Shown: positions 38,602-48,300 of the stretch, piece after piece
How the letters are laid out: every line of letters begins with the position of its first letter
Numbering within the stretch: the stretch's first letter is position 1
Assembly: GCA_041577295.1 (NCBI GenBank)
Contig: JBFGJG010000014.1
Span: forward strand, 1 to 64,000
DNA: 64,000 nt
Source: Gemmatimonadales bacterium
GTDB taxonomy: Bacteria; Gemmatimonadota; Gemmatimonadetes; Gemmatimonadales; GWC2-71-9
Direction of reading: 5' to 3'
Made by a program: the position numbers and the translations under genes
The notes under the pieces: model-generated
What the model saw: only the letters and a program-made list of their open reading frames with translations
The model's database searches: none
What the model was told of the DNA's origin: nothing

Positions 38602-39791
38602 AGCTCGCTCATCTCGCCGACATCCACCTCGGTTTCCGGCAGTACTATCGCCAGACGCCTCAAGGGATCAATCAGCGCGAAGCCGATGTGGCTAACGCAT
38701 TCCGCCGGGTGATCAGTGACATCATTGAGGTGGAACCAGACATCGTCGTGATTGCCGGCGATTTCTTTCATTCCGTCCGCCCCACCAACCTCGCCATTTT
38801 GCACGCGTTCAATCAGCTCCAGCGGCTGCGTGATGCGTTACCGGAGGCTCCGGTCGTCATCGTGGCCGGCGATCACGACACCCCTCGCTCGGTGGAAACC
38901 GGCACGATTCTCAAATTGTTCGAAGCGCTCGGTGGCGTGCACACCATTTCACGGTCGCCGCAGCAGCTCGAGTTCGAGCACGTGGATCTCTCGTTAATGG
39001 GCGTCCCGACCGAGGCGTTGCGTCGTGGAGAACGCCCCACGCTCCGTGCGGCTTCGGGTGCAAAGCACAACGTACTGGTGATTCACACGCCGGTGGCGGG
39101 CGTGCTGCCGGAACGAGCGATGGCGCTGCAGTTTGGCGGCGTTGTGTTGGAGCCCAGCGAGCTCCATCCCGAAAGCTGGAGTTACGTGGCGCTTGGACAC
39201 TTTCACGTGGCGCATCGCGTGCGCGAGAACGCGTGGTACTCGGGGGCCTTGGATTATGTCGGCACCAACCCGTGGGGGGAGCTGATCGATGAGGCGCGCG
39301 AAGGTCGGCGCGGCAAGAAGGGGTGGTTGCTGGTTGAGCTGGAAGAGGGAAAAGGGGCGGCGGTCACGTTTCGGTCAATTGCACTCGCCAGGAACGTGAT
39401 CGATCTGGAGTCGATTCAGGGGGCCGGCGAGTCCGCCGAAGCGCTCGACCGAGCGATTGCCGATCGCGTGGCGGCGGTGCCGGGTGGCATCGACGATCAG
39501 GTCGTGCGGCAAGTCGTGTGTGACGTTCCGCGTCCGGTGGCCCGCGAGCTCAACTATACGCAGGTGCGCGATTTCAAAACCCGAGCGCTGCACTACCACC
39601 TCGATCTCCGACGCCCCGCCTCACACCGCCACGTTGGGGTTGGCGCACCGGGCAGACGGCAGACGCTGCCGGAGATCCTGACCGAGTATCTGTCCAGGAG
39701 ACCGCTGGAGGCGACGGTGGACCGCGAGCGTCTGGTGGCGTTGGGCCGCACCTACATGGACGAGGTGCAGCGCGAACCGGACGAGGATTGA
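38598..39791 (+). CDS. sbcD: Mre11/SbcD-family DNA repair nuclease
   Basis: HLADIHLG, AGDFFH, AGDHD, IH, LGHFH, YSG; GTGA overlap start. Confidence 0.9.
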   Translation: MKLAHLADIHLGFRQYYRQTPQGINQREADVANAFRRVISDIIEVEPDIVVIAGDFFHSVRPTNLAILHAFNQLQRLRDALPEAPVVIVAGDHDTPRSVETGTILKLFEALGGVHTISRSPQQLEFEHVDLSLMGVPTEALRRGERPTLRAASGAKHNVLVIHTPVAGVLPERAMALQFGGVVLEPSELHPESWSYVALGHFHVAHRVRENAWYSGALDYVGTNPWGELIDEAREGRRGKKGWLLVELEEGKGAAVTFRSIALARNVIDLESIQGAGESAEALDRAIADRVAAVPGGIDDQVVRQVVCDVPRPVARELNYTQVRDFKTRALHYHLDLRRPASHRHVGVGAPGRRQTLPEILTEYLSRRPLEATVDRERLVALGRTYMDEVQREPDED

Positions 39792-39801
39792 GGGGTCAGC
39801 G

Positions 39802-42228
39802 ATGCAGCTGCACCGTCTCAAGCTCGTCAACTTCCGACAACACGCGCAAACCGAGGTCGTGTTGAGTCCGGGCATCACCGCCATCATCGGACCCAATGGG
39901 GCGGGTAAGACCACGTTACTCGAGGCGATTGCGTGGGCGTTCTACGGCACGCCCGCCGCCCGGGGAACGCGAGATTCGATACGCTGGAACCGCGCACCCG
40001 CGCGTTCACAGGTTCGCGTCGAAGTCGACTTCGCGTTGGGCGCTCACGAGTATCGCGTGACCCGCGGCCTCTATGGGGCGGAGCTGTATCAAGATCAATG
40101 GGACGCCCCCGTAGCGAATTCGGCACAGGAGGTAACGACGCGCGTCGAGCGCCTGCTCGGGATGACGCGCACGGAGTTCTTCAACACCTACTTCACGGGT
40201 CAAAAAGAACTGGCGGTCATGGCCGCGATGGGTCCGACGGATCGCGCGCGGTTCTTGTCCCGCATCTTGGGATACGAGCGGCTGAAGCAGATGCAGGATC
40301 GCGTGCGCACGGCACGGACCGAGTTGCGAGGCGAGCTGGCTGGACTCGAGCGTGGGCTTGCAGATCAGGAAACGCTGGCGCAGGAAGAGACGACGGCCAG
40401 CCAGCGGGTGGGCGAGGCGGAATCGGCGTTGCTCGATGCGGAGCAACGCCAGGTGGTGGCGAACGACCGGCTGGAAGCCGCGCGTCCGGAGTGGACCGCC
40501 ATCGTCGAGTGCCGTGATCGTGCGTCATCGTTGAACGGCGAGCGACGCATGGCGGTTCGGGATGTGGCCGAAGCACGACGGGAGTTTGAGCGTCTCGATC
40601 GCGAATTGGCCGAGGCGCTGAATGCAAAGAGCAAACTAGATGAGTTGAGTGAGGATCTGGATCGAGTCGTACCGCTTCGCGCGGAACTCGATCACCTCGA
40701 GCAAGAAGCACAGGCTGCGGGGCGACGCCGCTCGTTGGTTGGCCAGCTGAGCGAGTTGTGTGGTCAGCTCGACCGGTTGCGGGAGCGAAGTATCCAGATG
40801 GGGGATGTCGAGGCCACGTTGACCTCCGCACGGGAGCGGGTCGCCGTGGTGCGGCAAGAGCTGACGTCAGGCGAGGAGGAGCTGGAGCGGGCGCGGACCG
40901 CATGGGTCCGCGACCGTCAAGATGCAGAGACCAAGCGTCTCAGCCTGCGCGATCAGTACAAGGAGATCCAGACCCATCGACAGAGCATCCACGACGCAGG
41001 ACCCGACGGAAAGTGTCCTACCTGTGCCAGGCCGTTGGGTCAAGAGTTTCACACCGTTGTCCAAACGCTCGAGCGTCAGCTCGAGGAGATCGAGGTCCAG
41101 GGTAAGTTCTTCAAACAACGCGTCGAGCAATTGAGTGAGGAGCCGGCTGAGGTCCGCAGCGCGGATGCCCGCGTCACGGAGGCGGCCAAACGGGTGGAAG
41201 AAGCGGTCCAGGAGGTGGCGAGATGGGAGGACCGGGTCCGCGAGCGTCGAGAGTTGGAAAAGGAGCGAGCGGGAACTGAGCAACGAAAGGCGGCCGTCGA
41301 GCGAGAGATCGCGGAGCTCCCGGATCAGTACGACGCCGAACGGCACGAGGCGGTGCGAGTCGAGCTCAAGGCACTCGAACCGGCCATCCAGGAGGCAGCA
41401 CGGTTTCGCGATAGGGCGGAACGGGCAGAACAGCTGGTGGCGCAGGCGGAGACGGCGGAAAAGTCCCTGTCTCAGCAGGAACAGCGCGTTCTCGACCTCG
41501 AGAAGGCAATCACGGACCTCGGGTTCAGCGAAGAACAATACGAGCAGGCGCGGAAGCGCTTCGAGGCCACGGAGCAGGCGTTGCGGGAAGCCGAGTTGGC
41601 GGTGGCCAGCGGGCGTGGAGATCTCAAGGCCGCGCGGGTCGCGCTCGACGCGGTGCAACATCGGATGCGTGAGCGCGAGGAGAAGGCGACACGTATTGAA
41701 GAGCTGCAGGGAAGAGTCCGACTACACGATGAACTGGACCGGGCCTTGCATGACCTCCGACTCGAGTTGAACGCCGGCATGCGGCCCGAGCTGTCCGAGC
41801 GAGCCTCATCGTTCCTCGGAGAGCTCACTGACGGGCGGTATGCCGAGCTCGAGATCGACGAACAGTATCAGATCCTAGTCATGGAAGAGGGGGTCTCGAA
41901 GCCGGTGATCTCTGGTGGTGAGGAGGACGTGGCAAACCTGGCGTTGCGGCTGGCCATCAGTCAGATGGTTGCCGAGCGGGCGGGGCAGCCGTTATCACTC
42001 CTGGTGTTGGATGAGATTTTCGGTAGCCTCGATGAGCATCGTCGTCACAACGTCGTGGGGCTGCTACGCCATTTGGCGGATCGCTTTCCGCAGGTGGTGC
42101 TGATTACGCACATCGAGTCTATACGGGATGGAGTCGATCGTGTGATTCGTGTGGCGCTGGATGAGAGTCGTGGTGCCGCCACCGTCGTGGACGACCAAGG
42201 GGGTCTCGATGAAGATGTGGCGGCCTGA
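39802..42228 (+). CDS. sbcC: Rad50/SbcC SMC-family ATPase
   Basis: GPNGAGKT, Q-loop, long coiled coil with CPTC zinc hook, ISGGE, LVLDE.FGSLD, ITH. Confidence 0.92.
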   Translation: MQLHRLKLVNFRQHAQTEVVLSPGITAIIGPNGAGKTTLLEAIAWAFYGTPAARGTRDSIRWNRAPARSQVRVEVDFALGAHEYRVTRGLYGAELYQDQWDAPVANSAQEVTTRVERLLGMTRTEFFNTYFTGQKELAVMAAMGPTDRARFLSRILGYERLKQMQDRVRTARTELRGELAGLERGLADQETLAQEETTASQRVGEAESALLDAEQRQVVANDRLEAARPEWTAIVECRDRASSLNGERRMAVRDVAEARREFERLDRELAEALNAKSKLDELSEDLDRVVPLRAELDHLEQEAQAAGRRRSLVGQLSELCGQLDRLRERSIQMGDVEATLTSARERVAVVRQELTSGEEELERARTAWVRDRQDAETKRLSLRDQYKEIQTHRQSIHDAGPDGKCPTCARPLGQEFHTVVQTLERQLEEIEVQGKFFKQRVEQLSEEPAEVRSADARVTEAAKRVEEAVQEVARWEDRVRERRELEKERAGTEQRKAAVEREIAELPDQYDAERHEAVRVELKALEPAIQEAARFRDRAERAEQLVAQAETAEKSLSQQEQRVLDLEKAITDLGFSEEQYEQARKRFEATEQALREAELAVASGRGDLKAARVALDAVQHRMREREEKATRIEELQGRVRLHDELDRALHDLRLELNAGMRPELSERASSFLGELTDGRYAELEIDEQYQILVMEEGVSKPVISGGEEDVANLALRLAISQMVAERAGQPLSLLVLDEIFGSLDEHRRHNVVGLLRHLADRFPQVVLITHIESIRDGVDRVIRVALDESRGAATVVDDQGGLDEDVAA

Positions 42229-43183
42229 AGCCACGGTGCAGGGCCCGCGGATCGCGACCCCAGAGGACGTCCCGGCCCTCAATCGCATCTTCTCGGATGC
42301 CTTCACCGACCGGTACCGTCGAGACGGCTTGGTGGGCGTGCGGGTTCCGCAGCTCAATCCCGTCATCTGGCGCTACGCGATCGAGGACGCGGGAGCGGGA
42401 GCGATGCGGTGGGACGACGAGCGCGGCGCCATGCTCGCCTTCAACATCGCACACCATTCGGGTACCGAAGGGTGGATGGGACCATTGGCGGTGCGCAACG
42501 ACCGTCAGGGATTGGGCGTCGGGCGCGTCATCGTCGAGACGGCGATCGCTTGGCTTCGTGAGCAGGGCGTGCGCACGCTCGGATTGGAAACGATGCCGCG
42601 CACGGTGGAGAACATCGGATTCTACAGCAAGCTGGGCTTTGTGCCGCAGCATCTCACGGTCACGCTCACCGGCGAGGTCACCCAGCGCGCGGTGCGGGGA
42701 AGGTTCATCCTGTTGAGTCAGACCAAGTCGGCGCAACGCCAGGAGCTCATCGAGCGGTGTCGCCGCCGATTAGATCAATCCGCACCCGGCTATGATTTCA
42801 GCCGTGAGTTCGAGCTCACGCTGGCGCTGCGAATTGGTGACGGCGTAGTGGTCGAGCGGGAGGACACCATTGCCGGCTTCGCGTTGTGGCACTCGGCTGC
42901 CCTCGCCGATGCCCGCCCGGCAGACGAATTGCGGGTGCTCAAGCTCTACGCCGATTCCGACGGCGCATTCGATCGACTCATCGTCGCCTTGGAGTCGTGT
43001 GCGGCGAAACACAAGATTCGACGCGTTGCCATGCGGTGCCAGACCGCTTTTCGGCGGGCTTACCAACAACTCATCGCGCGCGACTATCGCGTGCGGTGGA
43101 CGGATCTCCGGATGACGCTGCAAGGATTTCCCGAGGCAGTGCTCCCGGAGGGTGAGGTTCTCTTCTCCAATTGGGAGATCTAG
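42209..43183 (+). CDS. GNAT-family N-acetyltransferase (tandem GNAT-like)
   Basis: GPLAVR.DRQGLGVGR acetyl-CoA motif, FYSKLGF. Start ATG 42209 or 42215. Confidence 0.82.
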   Translation: MKMWRPEATVQGPRIATPEDVPALNRIFSDAFTDRYRRDGLVGVRVPQLNPVIWRYAIEDAGAGAMRWDDERGAMLAFNIAHHSGTEGWMGPLAVRNDRQGLGVGRVIVETAIAWLREQGVRTLGLETMPRTVENIGFYSKLGFVPQHLTVTLTGEVTQRAVRGRFILLSQTKSAQRQELIERCRRRLDQSAPGYDFSREFELTLALRIGDGVVVEREDTIAGFALWHSAALADARPADELRVLKLYADSDGAFDRLIVALESCAAKHKIRRVAMRCQTAFRRAYQQLIARDYRVRWTDLRMTLQGFPEAVLPEGEVLFSNWEI

Positions 43184-43188
43184 ATCGT

Positions 43189-43368
43189 TCAGTCCTTTGG
43201 CGGTTTCTGCTCGGCGGGGCTGCGGCCCGCCCGCACGATCCCGACGGTGAGTAGTGCTGTGCCGATTGCCAACGGAAGGTGAACCCAGCCGTTGGGTAAG
43301 GCGACGACGAAGGCAAGAACGATCCACGCAATCAGGCAAGCAATCGTACCAAGCAAAGCAATATTCAT
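43189..43368 (-). CDS. Small 2-TM membrane protein (59 aa)
   Basis: Not in ORF track: MNIALLGTIACLIAWIVLAFVVALPNGWVHLPLAIGTALLTVGIVRAGRSPAEQKPPKD; AGGAAG SD upstream. Confidence 0.7.
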   Translation of the reverse strand: MNIALLGTIACLIAWIVLAFVVALPNGWVHLPLAIGTALLTVGIVRAGRSPAEQKPPKD

Positions 43369-43403
43369 GTTTCTTCCTGGTCGTGACTACGGGAAATTTT
43401 TGC

Positions 43404-43432
43404 TTGACCTCCCAAAACCGCCACCCTATATT
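43404..43432 (+). promoter_or_regulatory. Sigma70-type promoter of the putative 6S RNA
   Basis: TTGACC-17 nt-TATATT. Confidence 0.7.
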
Positions 43433-43438
43433 CGATGC

Positions 43439-43609
43439 CGGTTGCGGGGTCGAAGGGCCATATTACTGCGCCAACAGAGCTCGACTACGCGCCCCCTTGC
43501 TGCAGCCAATGTCGTGCCCCCATCGGGGGAAGGCAAACGTTGCGGCTAGGACGCGGATCCTGCGGAATCGGGCTGCAGTAATTCTCTCTTCGGCCTCGCC
43601 TTTTCTTTT
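43439..43609 (+). ncRNA. ssrS: 6S RNA-like rod-shaped ncRNA
   Basis: 5' GCGGGGTCGAAGGG pairs with 3' CTCTTCGGCCTCGC; ATTACTGC pairs with GCAGTAAT; central bubble of about 15/15 nt; apical stem GCTGCAGC/GTTGCGGC. Own promoter, and TTTTCTTTT follows. Confidence 0.65.
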
Positions 43610-43721
43610 GTAATCATAGTATCCTCCTGACCTCGAAGCTCCTCACGGTAGCATTCCGCGGGAATCCTCGTTACGCTCCATGACCGCTGGACTTAAATGG
43701 TTTCAGGGGAGGGAAGTGTCC

Positions 43722-44378
43722 GTGAAACGACAATCACAGCAGCCCGAACGAGCAGCCGCCGAACATGAGGACGTCGGCTCCGCGAGGGTGTTGCCGCTCG
43801 CCACACCGGATCCGGGCGTCGATTTTCAGCAGCTAGTCCATCGCATGCTCGTGATGCTCGGCGAAGACCCCGAGCGAGAGGGCTTACGCCGTACCCCCGC
43901 CAGGGTGGAAGCCTCGATGCGGTGGTTGACCCGCGGCTATTCGGAGTCGGTCGATGACATCGTGTCCGGTGCCATCTTCGAAGAAGCGCACGACAGCATG
44001 ATCTTGGTGCGTGACATCGAGATCTACTCCATGTGTGAGCATCACATGTTGCCATTCTTCGGAAAAGCCCACGTGGCGTACCTATCGTCTGGGAAGATCA
44101 TCGGTCTCTCGAAGATCGCCCGAGTCGTCGACGTCTTTGCACGGCGACTGCAGGTCCAGGAGCGTATGACCGATCAAGTTGCCGATGAGTTGATGCGGGT
44201 GTTAGAACCACGGGGGGTGGGTGTCGTGATCGAAGCGTATCACTTGTGCATGATGATGCGCGGCGTGGAGAAGCAAAACTCCAAGACGGTGACGAGTGCG
44301 CTCCGCGGAAGCTTTCTCGACGGGAATACCCGCGATGAGTTTCTGCGGCTTGCGCACGGCGGAAACTGGCTCGGGTGA
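43722..44378 (+). CDS. folE: GTP cyclohydrolase I
   Basis: [45 protein letters not shown] 43722 after GGGGAGG. Confidence 0.95.
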   Translation: MKRQSQQPERAAAEHEDVGSARVLPLATPDPGVDFQQLVHRMLVMLGEDPEREGLRRTPARVEASMRWLTRGYSESVDDIVSGAIFEEAHDSMILVRDIEIYSMCEHHMLPFFGKAHVAYLSSGKIIGLSKIARVVDVFARRLQVQERMTDQVADELMRVLEPRGVGVVIEAYHLCMMMRGVEKQNSKTVTSALRGSFLDGNTRDEFLRLAHGGNWLG

Positions 44379-45073
44379 CCCTCACGGACCGGTTGGCGGT
44401 GGTGACCGGTGCGAGCCGAGGCATCGGGTTGGCCATCGCTGATGCGCTGCGCTCGGCGGGCGCGCGGGTCGTCCGCCTCGCCCGCAGCCTCCAAGATGAG
44501 CGAGGAGAACGTTTCACCGATATCCCCTGTGACCTCACGGTCGTTGAGGACGTCGGGAACGCTGCGCGTCGTATCATTGCGGAGGTCGGCGTCCCCGACA
44601 TCGTGGTGAACAACGCCGGTGGCTTCTTACTCAAGCCGCTCGTCGAGACCGAGCCGGAGGAGTTCGCAGGTCAGATCGCCATCAATCTCGTGGCACCGTT
44701 CCTCGTGCTCCACGCGCTGCTACCCCACATGATCAAACAGGGCCGGGGGGACATCGTGACCATCGGCAGCGTTGCGGATCACAAGGTGCTTCCCGGCAAC
44801 ACCGCCTACGGCGCGAGCAAACGTGGGCTGCGCGCGCTACACGATGTGTTGCGCGAGGAGATCGCGGGAACGGGTGTTCGCCTGACCCTCATCTCGCCTG
44901 GAGCCACCGACACACGCCTGTGGGATGCGTTGGATCTGGACCGCCGCGAGGATCTCCCCAAGCGCGCATCGATGTTGCATCCGCCGGACGTCGCGGACGC
45001 CGTTGTGTACGCCGTGAGCCAGCCTCCCCGAGTACAGATCGAGGTTATTCGTCTCGCTTCGACTGGGTGCTGA
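44375..45073 (+). CDS. Short-chain dehydrogenase/reductase
   Basis: [21 protein letters not shown]-coupled to folE. Confidence 0.9.
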   Translation: MTLTDRLAVVTGASRGIGLAIADALRSAGARVVRLARSLQDERGERFTDIPCDLTVVEDVGNAARRIIAEVGVPDIVVNNAGGFLLKPLVETEPEEFAGQIAINLVAPFLVLHALLPHMIKQGRGDIVTIGSVADHKVLPGNTAYGASKRGLRALHDVLREEIAGTGVRLTLISPGATDTRLWDALDLDRREDLPKRASMLHPPDVADAVVYAVSQPPRVQIEVIRLASTGC

Positions 45074-45082
45074 GCACCGGCA

Positions 45083-45685
45083 GTGTTCATCGAACTGACC
45101 GAGTACCTACGCTGCCCCGAACCCCACGACGAATCGTATTGTGTGCTAGCGCCCGACGAGATGGTTGGTCGGGTCGTTCGGCATGGATCACTGGGATGTC
45201 CCATCTGCCACCGCGAGTACGCGATCGTCGACGGGATCGTGGAGTTTGGCGGTGATGGTTGGACAGATGCGGTTGCCGTGCGTGGCGACCCGGGGCATCA
45301 GCTTCCGGAGCCGCAGGTCGTTCAGGCGCTCATCGGGCTCGCGAGCCCCGGGGGCTATGTGCTGCTGGTGGGATCGGCGACGAGGCTCATTCCATCCTTG
45401 GCGCAGCTCATTGGTGGAGTCCACTTCGTGGGTGTGAATCCGCCACCGGACGTTCAAGCTACTCCCGTACTCTCACTGTTGCGATCCGCTACGTCGATCC
45501 CGGTCAAAACTGCCATGCGTGGTGTGGTGTTGGGAAGCGAGCACGCGTTGACGCCCTGGCTCGATGAAGCAAGACGAGTTCTTCTCAAGGGACAGCGATT
45601 GGTGATCCTCGACGAGCACGATCACGTGCCCGCCTTGGAACGACTGGCGGTGGGGCAGGGCTTGTGGGTAGGGGAGAAGCAGTGA
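45083..45685 (+). CDS. Hypothetical protein with Trm112-like N-terminal Zn knuckle and methyltransferase-like remnant
   Basis: LRCP...G.LGCPIC.REYAIVDGI; C-terminal Rossmann-like VLLVG...EARRVL.KG.RLV. Confidence 0.6.
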   Translation: MFIELTEYLRCPEPHDESYCVLAPDEMVGRVVRHGSLGCPICHREYAIVDGIVEFGGDGWTDAVAVRGDPGHQLPEPQVVQALIGLASPGGYVLLVGSATRLIPSLAQLIGGVHFVGVNPPPDVQATPVLSLLRSATSIPVKTAMRGVVLGSEHALTPWLDEARRVLLKGQRLVILDEHDHVPALERLAVGQGLWVGEKQ

Positions 45686-45724
45686 ACTACAGTAAAGGGT
45701 CTACTCCTTCACTCCTCACTGTTT

Positions 45725-47536
45725 TCACGGTTCGTAAAGCGCATCGATCTCACTCCGATACTTCTCCTCGATCACGCGGCGTTTGACCTTGAGTGTCGGT
45801 GTTAGCTCGCCCGCCTCGATGGTGAAGTCACGTTCGATCAGCACGATCTTCTTGGGCATCTCGTAGCTCGCCAGGTCACGCAGGTTGCCCATCACTTCGC
45901 GCTCCACTTTGGCAACTACATCCGGAAGCTGGAGGAACTTGCTGGCATCCGAAGTGTCCAGCCGACGCTCCTCCCCCCAAGCACGGAGCGCGTCGAGGTC
46001 TGGCACGACCAACATGGCGGGAAAGCGACGTTTGTCGCCGATCATCACGGCGTTGAGCACGAACGGGTTGGTCTTTACCATATTCTCGATCGGCTGCGGA
46101 GCGATGTTCTTGCCGCCGGCGGTCACGATGATGTCTTTCTTGCGATCGGTGATGGTGAGAAACCCGTCGTCATCGAAGAAACCGATGTCCCCGGTGTGAA
46201 ACCATCCGTCGGCGTCGATCGCTTGGGCGGTCGCCTCCGGCCGGTTGTAGTACCCCTTCATCACGTTGGGACCCCGTACTAAGATCTCACCGTCATCCCC
46301 GATGCGCGCCTCCACACCGGGGATACAACGACCCACCGTGCCGATCTTAAGGTGCTCGAGCGTGTTCACGCTGATCACCGGCGAGGTCTCTGTCAGGCCG
46401 TACCCTTCGAGAATCGGTAGCCCAGCCGCGAAGAAAAACTTGGCGATCTCTGGGCTCAGCGGAGCGCCGCCTGAGACGAAGAAGCGCATGCGGCCGCCGG
46501 TGCGGGCAACCAGCTTCGCAAACACCAGACGGTCGGCGGCCGATTTGCGCAACGCCAAAGGTGGGGGGATGCGGTGTTTCGCGAGCTTGAGATCTGCCCA
46601 TGCTTCGGCGTTGCGCCGGGCCCAAAAGAAGATCCGTCGCTTGAGCGCACCACCGGCCACGGCGTTCTCGAGCACCCGAGCGTAGATCTTTTCGAACAGT
46701 CGTGGAACCGAGAGGACAACCGTGGGCCGCACTTCCACGAGATTTGCTGCGACCTGATCGATGCTCTCGGCGTAGTTGATGGTCACGCCGGCGTGGAACA
46801 TCGTGTAGTGGCCTGCCATGCGCTCGAAGCTGTGTGACAAGGGCAACAATGAGAGACAAACATCATCCGGCCCGATCGACAGCACTTGGAGCGCCCCGTG
46901 GACGTTGGAGCAAAAGTTGTCGTGGGTCAGCATGACCCCTTTGGGGGGGCCGGTGGTGCCCGACGTGTAGATCAGCGTAGCCAGTTCGTCACCGTTCACC
47001 GCGAGCGCATCCCGCCGATAATCAGGATACTTGCCTTCCGCTTTAGCACCCAGTCGTAGCAGTTCCTCAAACGGAACCACTCCGGGCCCTTCGATGCGGT
47101 CTTCCACCAGGATCACGTGCTCAAGGTGAGGCAGCGATTCGCGTTCCGCCGCGACTTTTTCGTACTGTTCTCTGTTTTCGACGAACACGGCGCGAGCAGC
47201 CGAGTCTTCCAGAATGAACTTCACCTGTGTCGTCGGCAGGGTGGGGTAAACGGGCACGTCGGCACACCGAGCGGTCAGGCACGCAAAATCGGCCACCGCC
47301 CACTCGGGACGGTTCTGTGAAAGGATCGCCACGTGGTCACCGGGCTGTATACCCAACTCCCACAAGCCGAGAGCGGCATGGCGCACCTGGCGCTCGAGGT
47401 CGCCGTAGGGCAGATCCTGCCACGCGCCGGCTGCCTTGAAGCGCAGGGCCGCGCGCTTCCCAGCGAACCGCTCGGTCGCTTCGAAGAAAAGCTGGCTCAA
47501 GTTACGGAGTTGCCTCACGGCGTCACTCTCCACCAC
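45725..47536 (-). CDS. Long-chain fatty acid-CoA ligase (AMP-binding)
   Basis: YTSGTTGPPKG, LPLSH, GYGLTE, FHTGD, DRKKD, GELTPTLK. Confidence 0.93.
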   Translation of the reverse strand: MVESDAVRQLRNLSQLFFEATERFAGKRAALRFKAAGAWQDLPYGDLERQVRHAALGLWELGIQPGDHVAILSQNRPEWAVADFACLTARCADVPVYPTLPTTQVKFILEDSAARAVFVENREQYEKVAAERESLPHLEHVILVEDRIEGPGVVPFEELLRLGAKAEGKYPDYRRDALAVNGDELATLIYTSGTTGPPKGVMLTHDNFCSNVHGALQVLSIGPDDVCLSLLPLSHSFERMAGHYTMFHAGVTINYAESIDQVAANLVEVRPTVVLSVPRLFEKIYARVLENAVAGGALKRRIFFWARRNAEAWADLKLAKHRIPPPLALRKSAADRLVFAKLVARTGGRMRFFVSGGAPLSPEIAKFFFAAGLPILEGYGLTETSPVISVNTLEHLKIGTVGRCIPGVEARIGDDGEILVRGPNVMKGYYNRPEATAQAIDADGWFHTGDIGFFDDDGFLTITDRKKDIIVTAGGKNIAPQPIENMVKTNPFVLNAVMIGDKRRFPAMLVVPDLDALRAWGEERRLDTSDASKFLQLPDVVAKVEREVMGNLRDLASYEMPKKIVLIERDFTIEAGELTPTLKVKRRVIEEKYRSEIDALYEP

Positions 47537-47552
47537 GGGTGTGCCGCCCTCC

Positions 47553-48296
47553 TCATGGGAAGATCACGACGAATCGAATCGGTGATCCAGCGACAACTTG
47601 GCCGGCCGCGGTCGTCGTTGCAGCGTCCACGATCGCGCTGTCAGGCAGCGTGCCACCTGTCACCAGCCGCACGACGGCCTGAGCGCGCCCGTCGCTGGCG
47701 GTGGTCACCGTGGTGGTGTGTGGATCGGTTCCCGGCTCGGTCCCGTTTACGGTGGTCAAGAAGAACCCTGTCGCCTCCGGACTGCCAGGCGCAGGATCGA
47801 TGAGCTGGTAGTCCACCGGTTTGCCGGCGAGCGGGAGTTCGGTGCCGGGCGTGCTGGTGAGATCAAAGACGGTCGTCTCCATTGGGGGAGACGCCTCGGT
47901 GCCGTCGTCGATCGTCAGCCGTTGACTCCCAGAGGCCGCGACACTGTCGGCTGCGGCGGTCACGGTGACCGTAATGGCTTGCGTAGCGAGCTCCTCTACT
48001 CTGGCTTGCACTCTTGCCGTGGACGGTGCAAACGCGGAGATCAGGCCGCTGTCATCGAGCGTGAAGCCAATCTGGCCGCTATCGACATCGATGATGACCC
48101 AGGTGATTTGCGCGTCTGATACGATCCCACCATTCGCGCGGCGGGCACGAGCTTGCAACCGCAGCGTGTCCCCTTCCTCGACTTGCGGTGTGCGCGTCCC
48201 AACCAATTCGATGGCGACGATGCGGTCGAGGTTTCCAAAAACGGTCGTGCAGGCCGCGGCGGACGCTAGCAGCGCCACGACGCTCCAGCGGGACAC
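47553..48296 (-). CDS. Putative lipoprotein with Ig-like domains
   Basis: GTG start, VSRWSVVALLASAAAC lipobox; beta/Thr-rich, T.SDGRA motif. Confidence 0.65.
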   Translation of the reverse strand: MSRWSVVALLASAAACTTVFGNLDRIVAIELVGTRTPQVEEGDTLRLQARARRANGGIVSDAQITWVIIDVDSGQIGFTLDDSGLISAFAPSTARVQARVEELATQAITVTVTAAADSVAASGSQRLTIDDGTEASPPMETTVFDLTSTPGTELPLAGKPVDYQLIDPAPGSPEATGFFLTTVNGTEPGTDPHTTTVTTASDGRAQAVVRLVTGGTLPDSAIVDAATTTAAGQVVAGSPIRFVVIFP

Positions 48297-48300
48297 CGGA

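Noticed and set aside
33974..42228. Defence island or mobile element
   Set aside because: No integrase, transposase, att-like repeats or visible compositional shift; the genes are coupled to housekeeping-type neighbours.
43439..43609. folE-associated riboswitch (THF-II/folE motif), or the track ORFs 43254..43613 and 43292..43549
   Set aside because: The element is a single end-to-end rod of about 160 nt with a central bubble, not a compact aptamer. The ORFs lack protein-like features. A riboswitch is not strictly excluded without an Rfam search.
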